From NCBI RefSeq assembly GCF_000283555.1, contig NC_016012.1, forward strand, positions 1,440,001-1,472,000: a stretch of 32,000 nucleotides of DNA. The letters run 5' to 3'. The position numbers were made by a program, and so were the translations under genes. This stretch comes from Candidatus Arthromitus sp. SFB-rat-Yit (GTDB lineage: Bacteria > Bacillota > Clostridia > Clostridiales > Clostridiaceae). Positions 9,764 through 18,249 of the stretch are shown here, one piece after another; the first letter of the stretch is position 1, and the number at the start of each line of letters is the position of its first letter. The notes below the pieces were generated by a model, which saw nothing but the letters and a program-made list of their open reading frames with translations, was not told where the DNA came from and did no database searches.

Positions 9764-10738
9764 GCCGGTTATATTCTCTCTATATATCTTCACATCATAT
9801 TTTTCCTTAACTTTCGTAAATAAAGAATCTATTGTTTCATTTATTTTATCACTCTTTAACATATCTTCTATATTTTTAGAAACTCTATCTAAATCTTGAG
9901 TCCACTCCTCAGAATTAACATTCTCAACCTTTATAATATGATATCCAAATTGAGTCTTAACAGGTCCTCTGATTTCCCCTTCTTTCATATTCTTTACTTC
10001 ATCCATAAAGTCTTTTACAAGTTGGGAATTATCGAACTCCTGATATCCTAAATATCCATCAACACTAGCACTTCCATCTTGACTATAAGTTTTTGCAAGC
10101 TTACCAAAATCTTCTCCATCATCTATCTTTGATAATACGGTATTAGCCGTATCCTCATCTGCTACAAATATATGATAAACATCAGCTCCTGCTCCCTTTA
10201 CGAATTTACTCTTATTATCATCATAATACTTCTTTATTTCACTTGAAGATATTTTCAAATTATTAGTTTCTCTATTTACAAGTTCTTCTATTATAAGAGA
10301 TATTTTGAGCTTACTTTTATAATCCTGTTCATCTTTAAATCTACTATTTATTATCGCTGTTTCAAACGCCTCATCACTTCCAAAAACGCTTCTCATATTT
10401 TCAAATTCTTCATCTACTTTTTCCTGTATACTACCATCATTAACAAGCGACTCATCCTCTGCATATTTAACTAATGCTTTTTGTTCTACATACTGTTCAA
10501 TCAAATCTAAATATACATTTTTAAAATCTTCAGATTCCTTATAATTATCTCCATACTGAGATATAAATCCATTTTTAAGACCACTATAATATTCATCCAC
10601 TTCCGTTTTAGTAATATCTTCTTTTTTGATTCTCGCAACAATATTTTGATCTTTTGGAGTGCCTCCACCACATGAAAATAAAAAACACATTGTTAATATT
10701 GGAGCTAAAACTAATGATGTAATCTTTCTAAATTTCAT
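9752..10738 (-). CDS. prsA: Foldase lipoprotein PrsA-like parvulin peptidyl-prolyl isomerase (paralog 1)
   Basis: Lipoprotein signal MKFRKITSLVLAPILTMCFLFS-C. Parvulin core YHIFV...GYLGY......F......M..GEI.GPVKTQFGYHIIKV. RBS AGGAGG. Confidence 0.8.
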   Translation of the reverse strand: MKFRKITSLVLAPILTMCFLFSCGGGTPKDQNIVARIKKEDITKTEVDEYYSGLKNGFISQYGDNYKESEDFKNVYLDLIEQYVEQKALVKYAEDESLVNDGSIQEKVDEEFENMRSVFGSDEAFETAIINSRFKDEQDYKSKLKISLIIEELVNRETNNLKISSSEIKKYYDDNKSKFVKGAGADVYHIFVADEDTANTVLSKIDDGEDFGKLAKTYSQDGSASVDGYLGYQEFDNSQLVKDFMDEVKNMKEGEIRGPVKTQFGYHIIKVENVNSEEWTQDLDRVSKNIEDMLKSDKINETIDSLFTKVKEKYDVKIYRENITGKKE

Positions 10739-10768
10739 ATTATAATTCCTCCTAAGATTATAGAAGCA

Positions 10769-11791
10769 TTAAGATTTTATCTTAAGTTTCTTATCTTTAA
10801 ATAAGTTCTCAGAAAACTCAGTTACAGCTTGATTTTTCTTTTCATATAATAATGTATTTTCTATTTCAGATTTTACAGATTCAAAATCAGTATATTGATC
10901 TTCACTTTTAATATCTGTAACTTTTATTATATGATATCCAAACTGAGTTTTAACGGGATCTGATATTTCCCCATCTTTCAAATTCTTTGCACCTGCTAAA
11001 AAATCGGCATCATAGTTTTTATTATCATACTCAACAAACCCTAAGCTTCCACCTGTTTGGCTAGTTGAATCCTTATTTAATTCCTTTGCTATATCCTCAT
11101 ATTTTTCACCATTATTAAGTCTTTCTTTAACTTTCAATGCCTCTTCTTCCGTATCAACTAAAATATGATACATGTTACCACCAGCACGTGTTATGTATTT
11201 AGTATCCTTGTTATCCTCATAATATTTTTTAACTTCATCTTCATTAACAGTAACATCTTTTATAACATCATCAACTAATGAATTTATCTTTATTATATCC
11301 CTTTGTTTATTTTTATAATCTTCCTCGTCTACATAAAAAGCTTGCTTTAAAGCTGTGTTAAATTGTTCTAAGTTTATTTTATGTCCATGTCCATCATCCA
11401 CACCATTTTCTTCATCTATAAATAAAGTTTTAACTGAATGTACGGAATCTTCTATTTTGTTATTTATATCCTCTTCGGACATAAGCCCCCTTCTATCAAA
11501 TTCCTCTATTAAAATAGAATTTTGGGCATAATTTTCAGTAAAAGCTACTAGTTGATCTTTCAAATATCCAGCATCATTTTTATAATTTTCTCCGTATTTT
11601 TCAACTAAAGCATCATGAAATCCCTTAAAATAATCTTCAACCTCCCCTCTAGTTATTTTTCTTCCCTCATAAGTTGCTAAAACTTCTTTCCTTATAGCTT
11701 CCTGTGTTTTTTCTACAGTACTACACGAAGACACAGAAAAAAGAATTAAGAATGATATGCAAACCTTATTTAATATTCTGTTAAATTTCAT
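10769..11791 (-). CDS. prsA: Foldase lipoprotein PrsA-like parvulin peptidyl-prolyl isomerase (paralog 2)
   Basis: Lipobox ...LFSVSS-C. Same parvulin core (YHILV...GSLGFVEY...GEISDPVKTQFGYHIIKV). Clear paralog of the adjacent gene. Confidence 0.8.
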   Translation of the reverse strand: MKFNRILNKVCISFLILFSVSSCSTVEKTQEAIRKEVLATYEGRKITRGEVEDYFKGFHDALVEKYGENYKNDAGYLKDQLVAFTENYAQNSILIEEFDRRGLMSEEDINNKIEDSVHSVKTLFIDEENGVDDGHGHKINLEQFNTALKQAFYVDEEDYKNKQRDIIKINSLVDDVIKDVTVNEDEVKKYYEDNKDTKYITRAGGNMYHILVDTEEEALKVKERLNNGEKYEDIAKELNKDSTSQTGGSLGFVEYDNKNYDADFLAGAKNLKDGEISDPVKTQFGYHIIKVTDIKSEDQYTDFESVKSEIENTLLYEKKNQAVTEFSENLFKDKKLKIKS

Positions 11792-11822
11792 TTTAAAATA
11801 TCCTCCAAATTATTAAGCTTTA

Positions 11823-13973
11823 TTATTTTTTAACATCTTTTATTAATTTTTCTAACAATTTTATAAATTCATTAATTATAACACTCTTATCATTACAATT
11901 AATTTTATAATAAAAACAAGGATTATCTCCTAAATTAAAAATAACCTCATCTTGATAATTATTATATATAAGATTAAAATGATAATCAGTTAAGAACTTT
12001 TTATCAGCATACTCAAACAAAACTTTATCGCCTATTTCTTTTATTTGAGAAAAACCTAATTTCTTTCCTAAAGCCCTTATGTACGATATCTTTATTAAAT
12101 TATCAATTTCAATAGGTATTGTAGAAAATCTATCCATAAGTTCTTCCCTTATATATGAAATATCTTTTTCATCTTCAATACACGATATTTTCTTATAAAT
12201 TTCAAGTTTTTGCATTTCATCTTCTATGTAGTTATCTTTTATATACACATCTATCTTTATATCAACAACTGTATTTATTTCTTCATGTTTTACTTCTCCT
12301 TGAATCATCTTTATAGCATCTTCAAGCATCTTACAATAAAGATCATAACCAACAACACTCATCTGACCATGTTGAGATTCTCCAATCAAATTACCAGATC
12401 CTCTAATTTCCAAATCTTTCATAGCTACTTTAAATCCAGATCCAAGTTCTGTAAAATCCTTAAGTGTCTTTAATCTTTTTTCAGCAACTTCACTCAAGAC
12501 CCTATCTTTTTTATAAGTTAAATAAGCATATGCAACTTTATTACTTCTACCAACTCTACCTCTTAACTGATATAACTGAGATAATCCAAATTTATCCGCA
12601 TTATATATAATTATAGTGTTAGCATTTTTTATATCAATCCCTGTTTCAATTATAGTTGTACAAACAAGAAAATCTATCTCTTTATCTAAAAATTTTATTA
12701 TAATATCCTCAATTTCTCTTTCTCCCATTTGCCCATGTATAACAGAAAACCTGCATTCAGGTATTAAATTTTGAAGATAAATATTCATCTTATCTATATT
12801 CTCAACACTATTATACAAGAAAAATCCTTGTCCACCTCTTGAAATTTCCTTCATAATAGCTCCCCTTATCAATTGATCACTATATTCTACAACAAAAGTT
12901 TGAACTGGATATCTATCCTCAGGCGGTGTGTCTATTACACTAATATCACGAACTCCAACCATAGACATATGGAGTGTTCTAGGTATTGGAGTCGCACTCA
13001 AACTAAGAACATCAATATTCTCTTTCATCTCTTTTATCTTTTCTTTATGTTTAACTCCAAATCTTTGTTCCTCATCTATTATCAAAAGTCCTAAATGCTT
13101 AAATTGAACATCCTTAGATAAAAGTCTATGAGTTCCTATAATTATATCAACCTCTCCAAGCTTTAATCTAGATAAGGTTTCCTTCTGTTGTTTACCCGTT
13201 CTAAATCTACTTAATACATCAACATTAAATGGAAATCCCTCAAACCTCTTTTTTATATTATTATAATGCTGTTCTACAAGAATAGTTGTTGGTACTAAAA
13301 ATGCAACCTGCCTCTTATCAACCACAGCCTTAAACATTGCCCTAAGTGCAACCTCAGTTTTTCCATATCCAACATCTCCGCACAAAAGCCTATCCATAGG
13401 TTTATCCGATTCCATATCTTTTTTAATATCTTCTATGGCTAATAATTGATCCGGAGTTTCTTCATATGGAAATTCTTGTTCAAATTGAAATTGCCATGTA
13501 CTATCTTTTGAATACGCATATCCTTTTAAAATATTTCTCTTCGCATATAACTTAACTAAATTATCTGCAATTTCATCAATAGATCTTCTAGTTTTTGTCT
13601 TTACCTTAACCCACTCGTTGCCACCTAATTTATTTAATTTTGGGCTTTTACCTTCAATTCCTATGTACTTTTGAACCAAATCAAGTTGTTCTATAGGAAC
13701 ATATAATTTATCTTTCTTTTCATACTCTATATCTAAATAATCTCTCTCAATTCCCTGAACATCTATTTTTTTAATACCTTTATATACTCCGATACCATGG
13801 TTCACATGAACTATATAATCTCCTGGCTTAAGGTCATAAAAACTTCGTATTTTAGTTACTCCTTTTTTTTGATGAAGAAAAACTCTTTTTATGTTTATTA
13901 TGTTTCTCATATCCAAAAATTTCTTGATCAGATAAAACATATAAATTGAAATCTGAAAAGTCATATCCTTCAT
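11823..13973 (-). CDS. mfd: mfd fragment 2: RNAP-interacting domain, superfamily-2 translocase and C-terminal domain (maximal ORF; real homology starts near 13868)
   Basis: Contains KPGDYIVHVNHGIG (CarD/RID), helicase motifs GDVGYGKTEVA, DEEQRFG and SATPIPRT, the TRG-like RGRVGRS region and the C-terminal domain. The first ~35 codons of the ORF overlap fragment 1 out of frame. Confidence 0.6.
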   Translation of the reverse strand: MKDMTFQISIYMFYLIKKFLDMRNIINIKRVFLHQKKGVTKIRSFYDLKPGDYIVHVNHGIGVYKGIKKIDVQGIERDYLDIEYEKKDKLYVPIEQLDLVQKYIGIEGKSPKLNKLGGNEWVKVKTKTRRSIDEIADNLVKLYAKRNILKGYAYSKDSTWQFQFEQEFPYEETPDQLLAIEDIKKDMESDKPMDRLLCGDVGYGKTEVALRAMFKAVVDKRQVAFLVPTTILVEQHYNNIKKRFEGFPFNVDVLSRFRTGKQQKETLSRLKLGEVDIIIGTHRLLSKDVQFKHLGLLIIDEEQRFGVKHKEKIKEMKENIDVLSLSATPIPRTLHMSMVGVRDISVIDTPPEDRYPVQTFVVEYSDQLIRGAIMKEISRGGQGFFLYNSVENIDKMNIYLQNLIPECRFSVIHGQMGEREIEDIIIKFLDKEIDFLVCTTIIETGIDIKNANTIIIYNADKFGLSQLYQLRGRVGRSNKVAYAYLTYKKDRVLSEVAEKRLKTLKDFTELGSGFKVAMKDLEIRGSGNLIGESQHGQMSVVGYDLYCKMLEDAIKMIQGEVKHEEINTVVDIKIDVYIKDNYIEDEMQKLEIYKKISCIEDEKDISYIREELMDRFSTIPIEIDNLIKISYIRALGKKLGFSQIKEIGDKVLFEYADKKFLTDYHFNLIYNNYQDEVIFNLGDNPCFYYKINCNDKSVIINEFIKLLEKLIKDVKK

Positions 13974-15330
13974 TTAAATAACCACCAGATATAAACACCT
14001 TTCCATTGCAAATATTATCTAATTCATTGCATAATGTAGATTCAATTTCATATTCAAGTAAGATTTCTTTTAATTTTTTACATCTAGATTCAGATGAAGA
14101 TAGTATTATTACACAATAATCTTCACTAAGCTTGTTTTTTATTTCATTTAATATGACATTTATCCTACCATCCATCTTTACAATGTTCCTAGTTCTAAAT
14201 TCAATAATATTATTTTTATTGTAATAATTAAATAAATTAAAAGATAGATTATTTATCTTTTCAAGTTTTAATATTAAATCTTCTTTATTTATAAGAAGAT
14301 TAATTTGGTTCGGAAGAACCTCCCCTCTTAAAAGAAGCATATCAAAATTACTAATAAATCTTTCATATGAACTATCTAAACTTTCCATACATTTTTTATA
14401 CTCATCTACAAGTACAATAGAGTCATTCATAAATTCAAAAAATTCACAAAGATATTTATGTAAATAAGGTACTATAATGTTATATTCATCATAAAAATTT
14501 CCTTCTTTAAGTTTATCTAATATGAAATTAAACTTAGAACCTAACTTTTCATCAACTTCTAAATCCTTTATACATGATATATGTTCTTTAAAATCCATCT
14601 CAAGATTTTCATAAAGTTTATATTTCTCTTCATCATTTAAAATAAATTCTTTACATTGTATAATATTAATATTTTGAACAGATTCAATGCTCATTTGAGT
14701 CGTTACATTAAAACTTTTTATATTCTCTATCATATCACCAAAAAATTCAATCCTATAAGCACAAGAATAATTTATTGGAAAAACATCTATTATTCCACCC
14801 CTAACAGCATATTGCCCCTTTTGCTCAACTTTTGACACTCTATCATATCCAAGGGAAAATATATCATTTATAAATTTTTCAAATTCATATTCCATATTTT
14901 TAAATATATAAACATCTAATTTAGTTATCCTATCAGTATTTCCCATATACAAGGAAACTAAACTCTCTATTGAAGTACATATTATTTTACTTTTATTTGA
15001 ACATATTTCTCTCATCGCTATAATTCTATCAAACTTTAAATCACTCGAAAACGCCTCTACATTGTAAAAAACATTCTCTCTCTCCTGAAAATATACACAA
15101 TCATTAGTATATACTTTTATATTATCATGCATATCTTTAGCTTCATAATTACTTGGTGATATTACAAAAATTTTCTTATCTATTTTTTTAAATATACCAT
15201 ATATTACACTAGCCTTAGTAGATCTAACGAGTCCACATACATCAATTTTTCTATTATTTTCTATTGAAAATAATATATTTTTGAATTTATCAGAATTAAA
15301 AATTCTATTATTAATCCCATCTAATTTCAT
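13852..15330 (-). CDS. mfd: mfd fragment 1: N-terminal UvrB-homology module (D1-D3)
   Basis: 492-aa ORF starting 17 nt after pth. It ends at a TAA 9 nt after the A8 run. Confidence 0.6.
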   Translation of the reverse strand: MKLDGINNRIFNSDKFKNILFSIENNRKIDVCGLVRSTKASVIYGIFKKIDKKIFVISPSNYEAKDMHDNIKVYTNDCVYFQERENVFYNVEAFSSDLKFDRIIAMREICSNKSKIICTSIESLVSLYMGNTDRITKLDVYIFKNMEYEFEKFINDIFSLGYDRVSKVEQKGQYAVRGGIIDVFPINYSCAYRIEFFGDMIENIKSFNVTTQMSIESVQNINIIQCKEFILNDEEKYKLYENLEMDFKEHISCIKDLEVDEKLGSKFNFILDKLKEGNFYDEYNIIVPYLHKYLCEFFEFMNDSIVLVDEYKKCMESLDSSYERFISNFDMLLLRGEVLPNQINLLINKEDLILKLEKINNLSFNLFNYYNKNNIIEFRTRNIVKMDGRINVILNEIKNKLSEDYCVIILSSSESRCKKLKEILLEYEIESTLCNELDNICNGKVFISGGYLNEGYDFSDFNLYVLSDQEIFGYEKHNKHKKSFSSSKKRSN

Positions 15331-15347
15331 AAAACACCGCCCATTAC

Positions 15348-15902
15348 TTAATTGAACAAATTCATAGAATTAACTATTTCTCCATTTATAATCATCCTAA
15401 CGCAAGTAGATATATCTTTATATTTATCATTTAAAATACACATCTCATCATATGTAAATTTAGATAACACATAGTCAGATAAATCAATATTTTTATTTTC
15501 TCCAATTCCTATCTTTATCCTCTTAAATTTATCTGTATTTATCTTATTAATTATATCTCTTATACCATTATGGCCGCCATGCGACCCTCTTTGCCTAACT
15601 CTAATCTTTGATATATCCAAATATATATCATCATATATAACAAGCAAATCCTCAACGTTTATTTTAAAATAATTCATGATTTCAAGTACAGCAGTTCCAC
15701 TTAAATTCATAAAAGTTTTAGGTTTCATGCACATGATCTTTTTACCTAACACAACACCCATACCATAGTACGATGTATTATTTTCTTTATTTAACTCAAT
15801 ATTAAATTCATTACAAATTTTATCAAGCATCATAAATCCAACATTATGACGAGTATTATCATACTTGATACCAATATTCCCAAGTCCAACAATTAAAAAC
15901 AT
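15348..15902 (-). CDS. pth: Peptidyl-tRNA hydrolase
   Basis: MFLIVGLGNIG.KY..TRHNVGF, then HGGHNGIRDI. 184 aa. RBS GAGGAG. Confidence 0.9.
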   Translation of the reverse strand: MFLIVGLGNIGIKYDNTRHNVGFMMLDKICNEFNIELNKENNTSYYGMGVVLGKKIMCMKPKTFMNLSGTAVLEIMNYFKINVEDLLVIYDDIYLDISKIRVRQRGSHGGHNGIRDIINKINTDKFKRIKIGIGENKNIDLSDYVLSKFTYDEMCILNDKYKDISTCVRMIINGEIVNSMNLFN

Positions 15903-15953
15903 TTAATAAAACTCCTCTAAATATCAAAATAAGGATGCAACTAATAAAATGGC

Positions 15954-16790
15954 TTAAGTTGCACCCTCTATAATATCTTGAATAATTTCTATAACATTCC
16001 CTGATGAAATATAGGTTGATTCATAATCAGATAATTTAAATTTTTCATTTAATAAGCAGCTACTTATACCAATTATTTCTCCATTTGTATTGCATATAGG
16101 TCCACCTGTATTCAAATAATTAATATGAAAATTACTTTTTATAAACTTAACCTCTTTATCCGAATTATCTTTATATAAATTTATCCCACTAACAATTCCA
16201 GGATAAATAGAATACGAATTAACTTTTCCTAAGGAATTACCTATAGAAATAACATTTAAACCGTATGATACTTCCGATAAATCCTCCTTAATATTTCCCT
16301 TAATATAATCATTACCATTTATTTTTAATAAACATATGTCATACTCCGCATTATAACCAACAACCTTTGCTTCTTTTATAAGTCCAAGAGCTGTCGGAAA
16401 TTTAACATATATTTTATAAGCATCCTTAATAGCACTAAAGTTTGTTAATATGTACCCATCTTCAGAATATATAACTCCCGTTAAATTATTCTGAACTAAA
16501 TCTTTATCATTCTTCACATAAGCACTTACGCTAACTATAGATTTGTTGACCTTATTTATAACGCTTACTATATTGTAATTATACTCACTCATAGAGTAAT
16601 TGTATCGTAGATCTTCATGCACCTTTGATAAAAGTGTATTATATATAAAAATACTTCCTGTAATTAAAATAAAAAAGGAAATTATTGCATTTATTAAAAT
16701 AACAATCAACATCCTATTAATATTCAGCATTCTTTTTTGCTTAAATATTATGTGCACCTTATCTTTACATAAATTTTCTCTATTAAACAC
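15954..16790 (-). CDS. Membrane-anchored trypsin-fold (HtrA/S1C-like, no PDZ) protein with degenerate catalytic triad
   Basis: N-terminal TM helix, then gapless by-eye alignment to the HtrA core: GYILTNFSAI (vs TNNHVV), YDICLLKI (Asp kept), SIGNSLG, INYLNTGGPICNTNGEIIGISS (vs INPGNSGGPL). GTG start sits 6 nt after GGTAGGG and 43 nt after the kinase stop. Confidence 0.7.
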   Translation of the reverse strand: MFNRENLCKDKVHIIFKQKRMLNINRMLIVILINAIISFFILITGSIFIYNTLLSKVHEDLRYNYSMSEYNYNIVSVINKVNKSIVSVSAYVKNDKDLVQNNLTGVIYSEDGYILTNFSAIKDAYKIYVKFPTALGLIKEAKVVGYNAEYDICLLKINGNDYIKGNIKEDLSEVSYGLNVISIGNSLGKVNSYSIYPGIVSGINLYKDNSDKEVKFIKSNFHINYLNTGGPICNTNGEIIGISSCLLNEKFKLSDYESTYISSGNVIEIIQDIIEGAT

Positions 16791-16833
16791 AACAAACCCT
16801 ACCTAAAATAAAAATTTAGAAAATTTAATAACA

Positions 16834-18249
16834 TTAATTCGATAAATTCGATAACTGAAGTGTAAAAATAAAACTAACTCCTTGCTCCTTAACCCTATTT
16901 TCAACCCATATATCTTCTCTAAACTGAGATATTATATTTCTTACTATAGATAATCCAAGTCCACTACTTCCTCTTACAGTTCTAGACTTATCATTTTTAT
17001 AAAATCTTATCCAAATATTATTAAATTCATCTTCACTCAAAAGCTTAGCTGTATTAAAAATATTAACCATAGCCTTATTATTCTTTATTTTTGTAGAAAT
17101 ATTTATTCGTTTTTTATGATCACAATATTTAATGGCATTAGCAATTAAATTATTCAAAACCTGAACAAGTCTGTCTTCATCAGCAACAACATTTATAGAA
17201 CTTTGCTCAAAAAATACCTCCATGATTATATCATTTTGTTCTATTTCTTGCTCAAAATTCTTAACCGTATACTTTATAAGAGAATTTAACTCTATTATTC
17301 TAGGTCTTAATGTAAATTTACCAGACTCTATAGCATTTAAATCTAATAAATCATTTACAAGTCTAGATAATCTTTTAACTTCATCATATACAATAGTTAA
17401 TTTTTCAATATGATTTTCAGGAGATATTATACCATCTAAAATACCACTTAAAAATCCTATAATAGTTGTAAGAGGGGTTCTTAATTCATGAGATACATTA
17501 GACAAAAATTCTCTTCTATTTGAATCAATCTTATCTAACGATTCCGCCATATAATTAAAGGAATTTGATAGTTCCCCAATTTCATCATTAGAATTTATAG
17601 ATACTCGCTTGCACAGATCTCCTGACGCAAATCTTTTAGCTGTATTATTTATAATTTCTATAGGTTTAACCAATATTTTTCTCGATAATAAATAATAAAT
17701 AATGCCAATAATACTTATTAAAAAAACATACAGAACAATCATAGTGATCTTTATATCATGCAACTTAGAAGATATATATCCATCGTCCAACATCAAAGTA
17801 ATAGAACCTTTGTAAATATTTGAATTATACAAAGGTTTAATAAATTTATAAACTTTTTTTTGAATATCCTGGTCATATGCATTCGTCTTAGTTACCACAT
17901 CTTTTTCATCGATATTTATTTGTTTACCAAGTAAATTTTTATGAGCCGAATTAGAAACTAAATAAACATATCCTATAGTATCTGATATAATCAAATCAAC
18001 CCCTGAATATTTATTAAGTTTTTCAACATAATCCCACAAATATTTACTATTTTCAGCGGTTGAATTATTTATATACTCAAAAGCTAAATCGGATATTATA
18101 TTTGACTGAACCTCTAGATTATCCATAGCCGAATTAATTAAAGATGATTTATAAAACGAATAAACCAAAAATGAAAATAACATAAAAACAATAGTTGTAA
18201 CTGACAAAAAATAAAATAATATTTTATTAATAATACTATGTTTTGACAT
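16834..18249 (-). CDS. Sensor histidine kinase (2 TM, about 135-aa extracytoplasmic loop, HAMP, HisKA, HATPase_c with atypical G1 box)
   Basis: H-box SHELRTPLT (H254), N-box VLNNLIANAIKY, F-box IWIRFYK, G2 GSSGLGLSIV. The expected DxGxG position reads NTAKL (17041..17055). The start overlaps the regulator stop by 1 nt (TAATG). Confidence 0.85.
   Translation of the reverse strand: MSKHSIINKILFYFLSVTTIVFMLFSFLVYSFYKSSLINSAMDNLEVQSNIISDLAFEYINNSTAENSKYLWDYVEKLNKYSGVDLIISDTIGYVYLVSNSAHKNLLGKQINIDEKDVVTKTNAYDQDIQKKVYKFIKPLYNSNIYKGSITLMLDDGYISSKLHDIKITMIVLYVFLISIIGIIYYLLSRKILVKPIEIINNTAKRFASGDLCKRVSINSNDEIGELSNSFNYMAESLDKIDSNRREFLSNVSHELRTPLTTIIGFLSGILDGIISPENHIEKLTIVYDEVKRLSRLVNDLLDLNAIESGKFTLRPRIIELNSLIKYTVKNFEQEIEQNDIIMEVFFEQSSINVVADEDRLVQVLNNLIANAIKYCDHKKRINISTKIKNNKAMVNIFNTAKLLSEDEFNNIWIRFYKNDKSRTVRGSSGLGLSIVRNIISQFREDIWVENRVKEQGVSFIFTLQLSNLSN

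Larger units (their letters stand above)
11823..15330 (-). pseudogene. mfd: Transcription-repair coupling factor Mfd, interrupted by a single +1 frameshift
   Basis: Two overlapping ORFs together span a normal-length Mfd of about 1165 aa. The frames switch inside an A8 run (plus T8 at 13863..13870). Deleting one A joins ...EIFGYEKHNKHKKSFSSSKK to GVTKIRSFYDLKPGDYIVHVNHGIGVY. Confidence 0.8.

Noticed and set aside
13855-13875. Programmed -1 ribosomal frameshift on the A-rich slippery run in mfd (dnaX-like A AAA AAG logic)
   Set aside because: The downstream frame is +1, not -1, relative to the upstream frame, so a -1 slip would not restore Mfd. I see no obvious stimulatory hairpin or internal SD at the right distance. 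Homopolymer length error or variation, or transcriptional slippage, are simpler explanations.
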